From: Eledone cirrhosa
Taxonomy: Eukaryota
Length of the DNA: 64,000 nt
Assembly (NCBI GenBank): GCA_964016885.1
Contig: OZ024742.1
Span: forward strand, 375,162,001-375,226,000
Reading direction: 5' to 3'
Shown in pieces: positions 63,641 to 64,000 of this stretch. A program made the position numbers and the translations under genes. Positions within the stretch are counted from its first letter, which is position 1. Each line of letters begins with the position of its first letter. The notes beneath the pieces are model-generated. The model ran no database searches, had not been told where the DNA came from, and saw only the letters and a program-made list of their open reading frames with translations.

Positions 63641-64000
63641 TCTCGTGTATATATATTACTGTATTTCTAGTGTATATATATTACTGTATTCCTAGTATAT
63701 ATATATATCTGTATTCCTAGTTTATATATATTACTGTATTTCTGGTGTATATATATTACTGTATTTCTAGTGTATATATTTACTGTATTTCTAGTGTATA
63801 TATCTTACTGTATTTCTAGTGTATATATATTACTGTATTCCTAGTGTATATATATTACTGTATTTCTAGTGTATATATATTACTGTATTCCTAGTGTATA
63901 TATATTACTGTATTCCTAGTGTATATATATATTTGTATTCCTAGTGTATATATATTACTGTATTCCTAGTGTATATATATTACTGTATTTCTAGTGTATA

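Larger units (their letters stand above)
1..64000 (+). repeat. Tandem satellite DNA array, 25-bp consensus CTAGTGTATATATATTACTGTATTT (about 2,600 copies), open at both window ends
   Basis: The 25-bp period is directly visible (e.g. 'tatatatatt actgtatttc tagtg' at 301 and 351). The consensus has 13 T, 7 A, 3 G and 2 C. No unique sequence or inverted monomers were seen. Length variants of 23/27/29/31 bp come from (TA)n changes, and 24-bp variants are rare. Confidence 0.99.
47500..64000 (+). repeat. Satellite sub-domain R (right variant repertoire)
   Basis: Variants ACTTTATTTC, CCTTGTG, CTATTGTA, TTTATAGTG, TAGTACT, CCTAGAGT, AGTGAATA, TTACAGTA and CTGTCTTCC were seen only right of about 47.5 kb. 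Confidence 0.8.

Noticed and set aside
1-64000. CRISPR array (repeat length is in the CRISPR range)
   Set aside because: There are no unique spacers, since units abut directly and differ only by (TA)n and point changes. No leader or cas genes are present.
1-64000. Telomerase-made telomeric repeat (23-25-bp units occur in some yeasts)
   Set aside because: There is no G-rich strand, and the array is far longer than such telomeres. Variants are propagated in kb-scale blocks, which points to DNA-level duplication rather than templated addition.
1-64000. Identity with human satellite I or another named AT-rich satellite
   Set aside because: Only short AT-rich words such as TACTGT resemble it, and the 17+25-bp alternation of satellite I is absent. 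It cannot be assigned without a database search.
1-64000. TATA boxes, -10 elements (TATAAT variants) and CACGTG E-boxes as regulatory sites
   Set aside because: These are expected by-products of the (TA)n tract and of point variants, and there is no gene for them to regulate.
1-64000. Pure sequencing artefact or synthetic concatemer
   Set aside because: Rare variants recur in nested, tree-like patterns over several scales, which random error would not produce. The copy number of the most exact duplications could still be mis-assembled.

Overview
The whole 64 kb window is one uninterrupted, head-to-tail, AT-rich (about 80% AT) tandem satellite array that runs off both ends. The consensus monomer is 25 bp, CTAGTG(TA)4TTACTGTATTT, at roughly 2,600 copies, all in one orientation. 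Monomers vary mainly in (TA)n length (23/25/27/29/31 bp) and in a TTTCTAG/TTCCTAG dimorphism. I find no credible genes, RNA genes, transposons or CRISPR spacers; the listed ORFs are translations of the repeat. Rare monomer variants act as barcodes and show nested higher-order duplications (offsets about 124-149, 427, 1235, 2348, 2450, 4084, 4166, 4978, 5727, 6900-7260, 9269 and 25,300 bp). They also show a change of variant repertoire near 47.5 kb. I cannot assign the organism or a named satellite family; an array of this size suggests eukaryotic heterochromatin (inference). I see no evidence for a novel gene-encoded system. The interest lies in the array's architecture. Block boundaries were estimated by eye and are approximate (about +/-50 bp).
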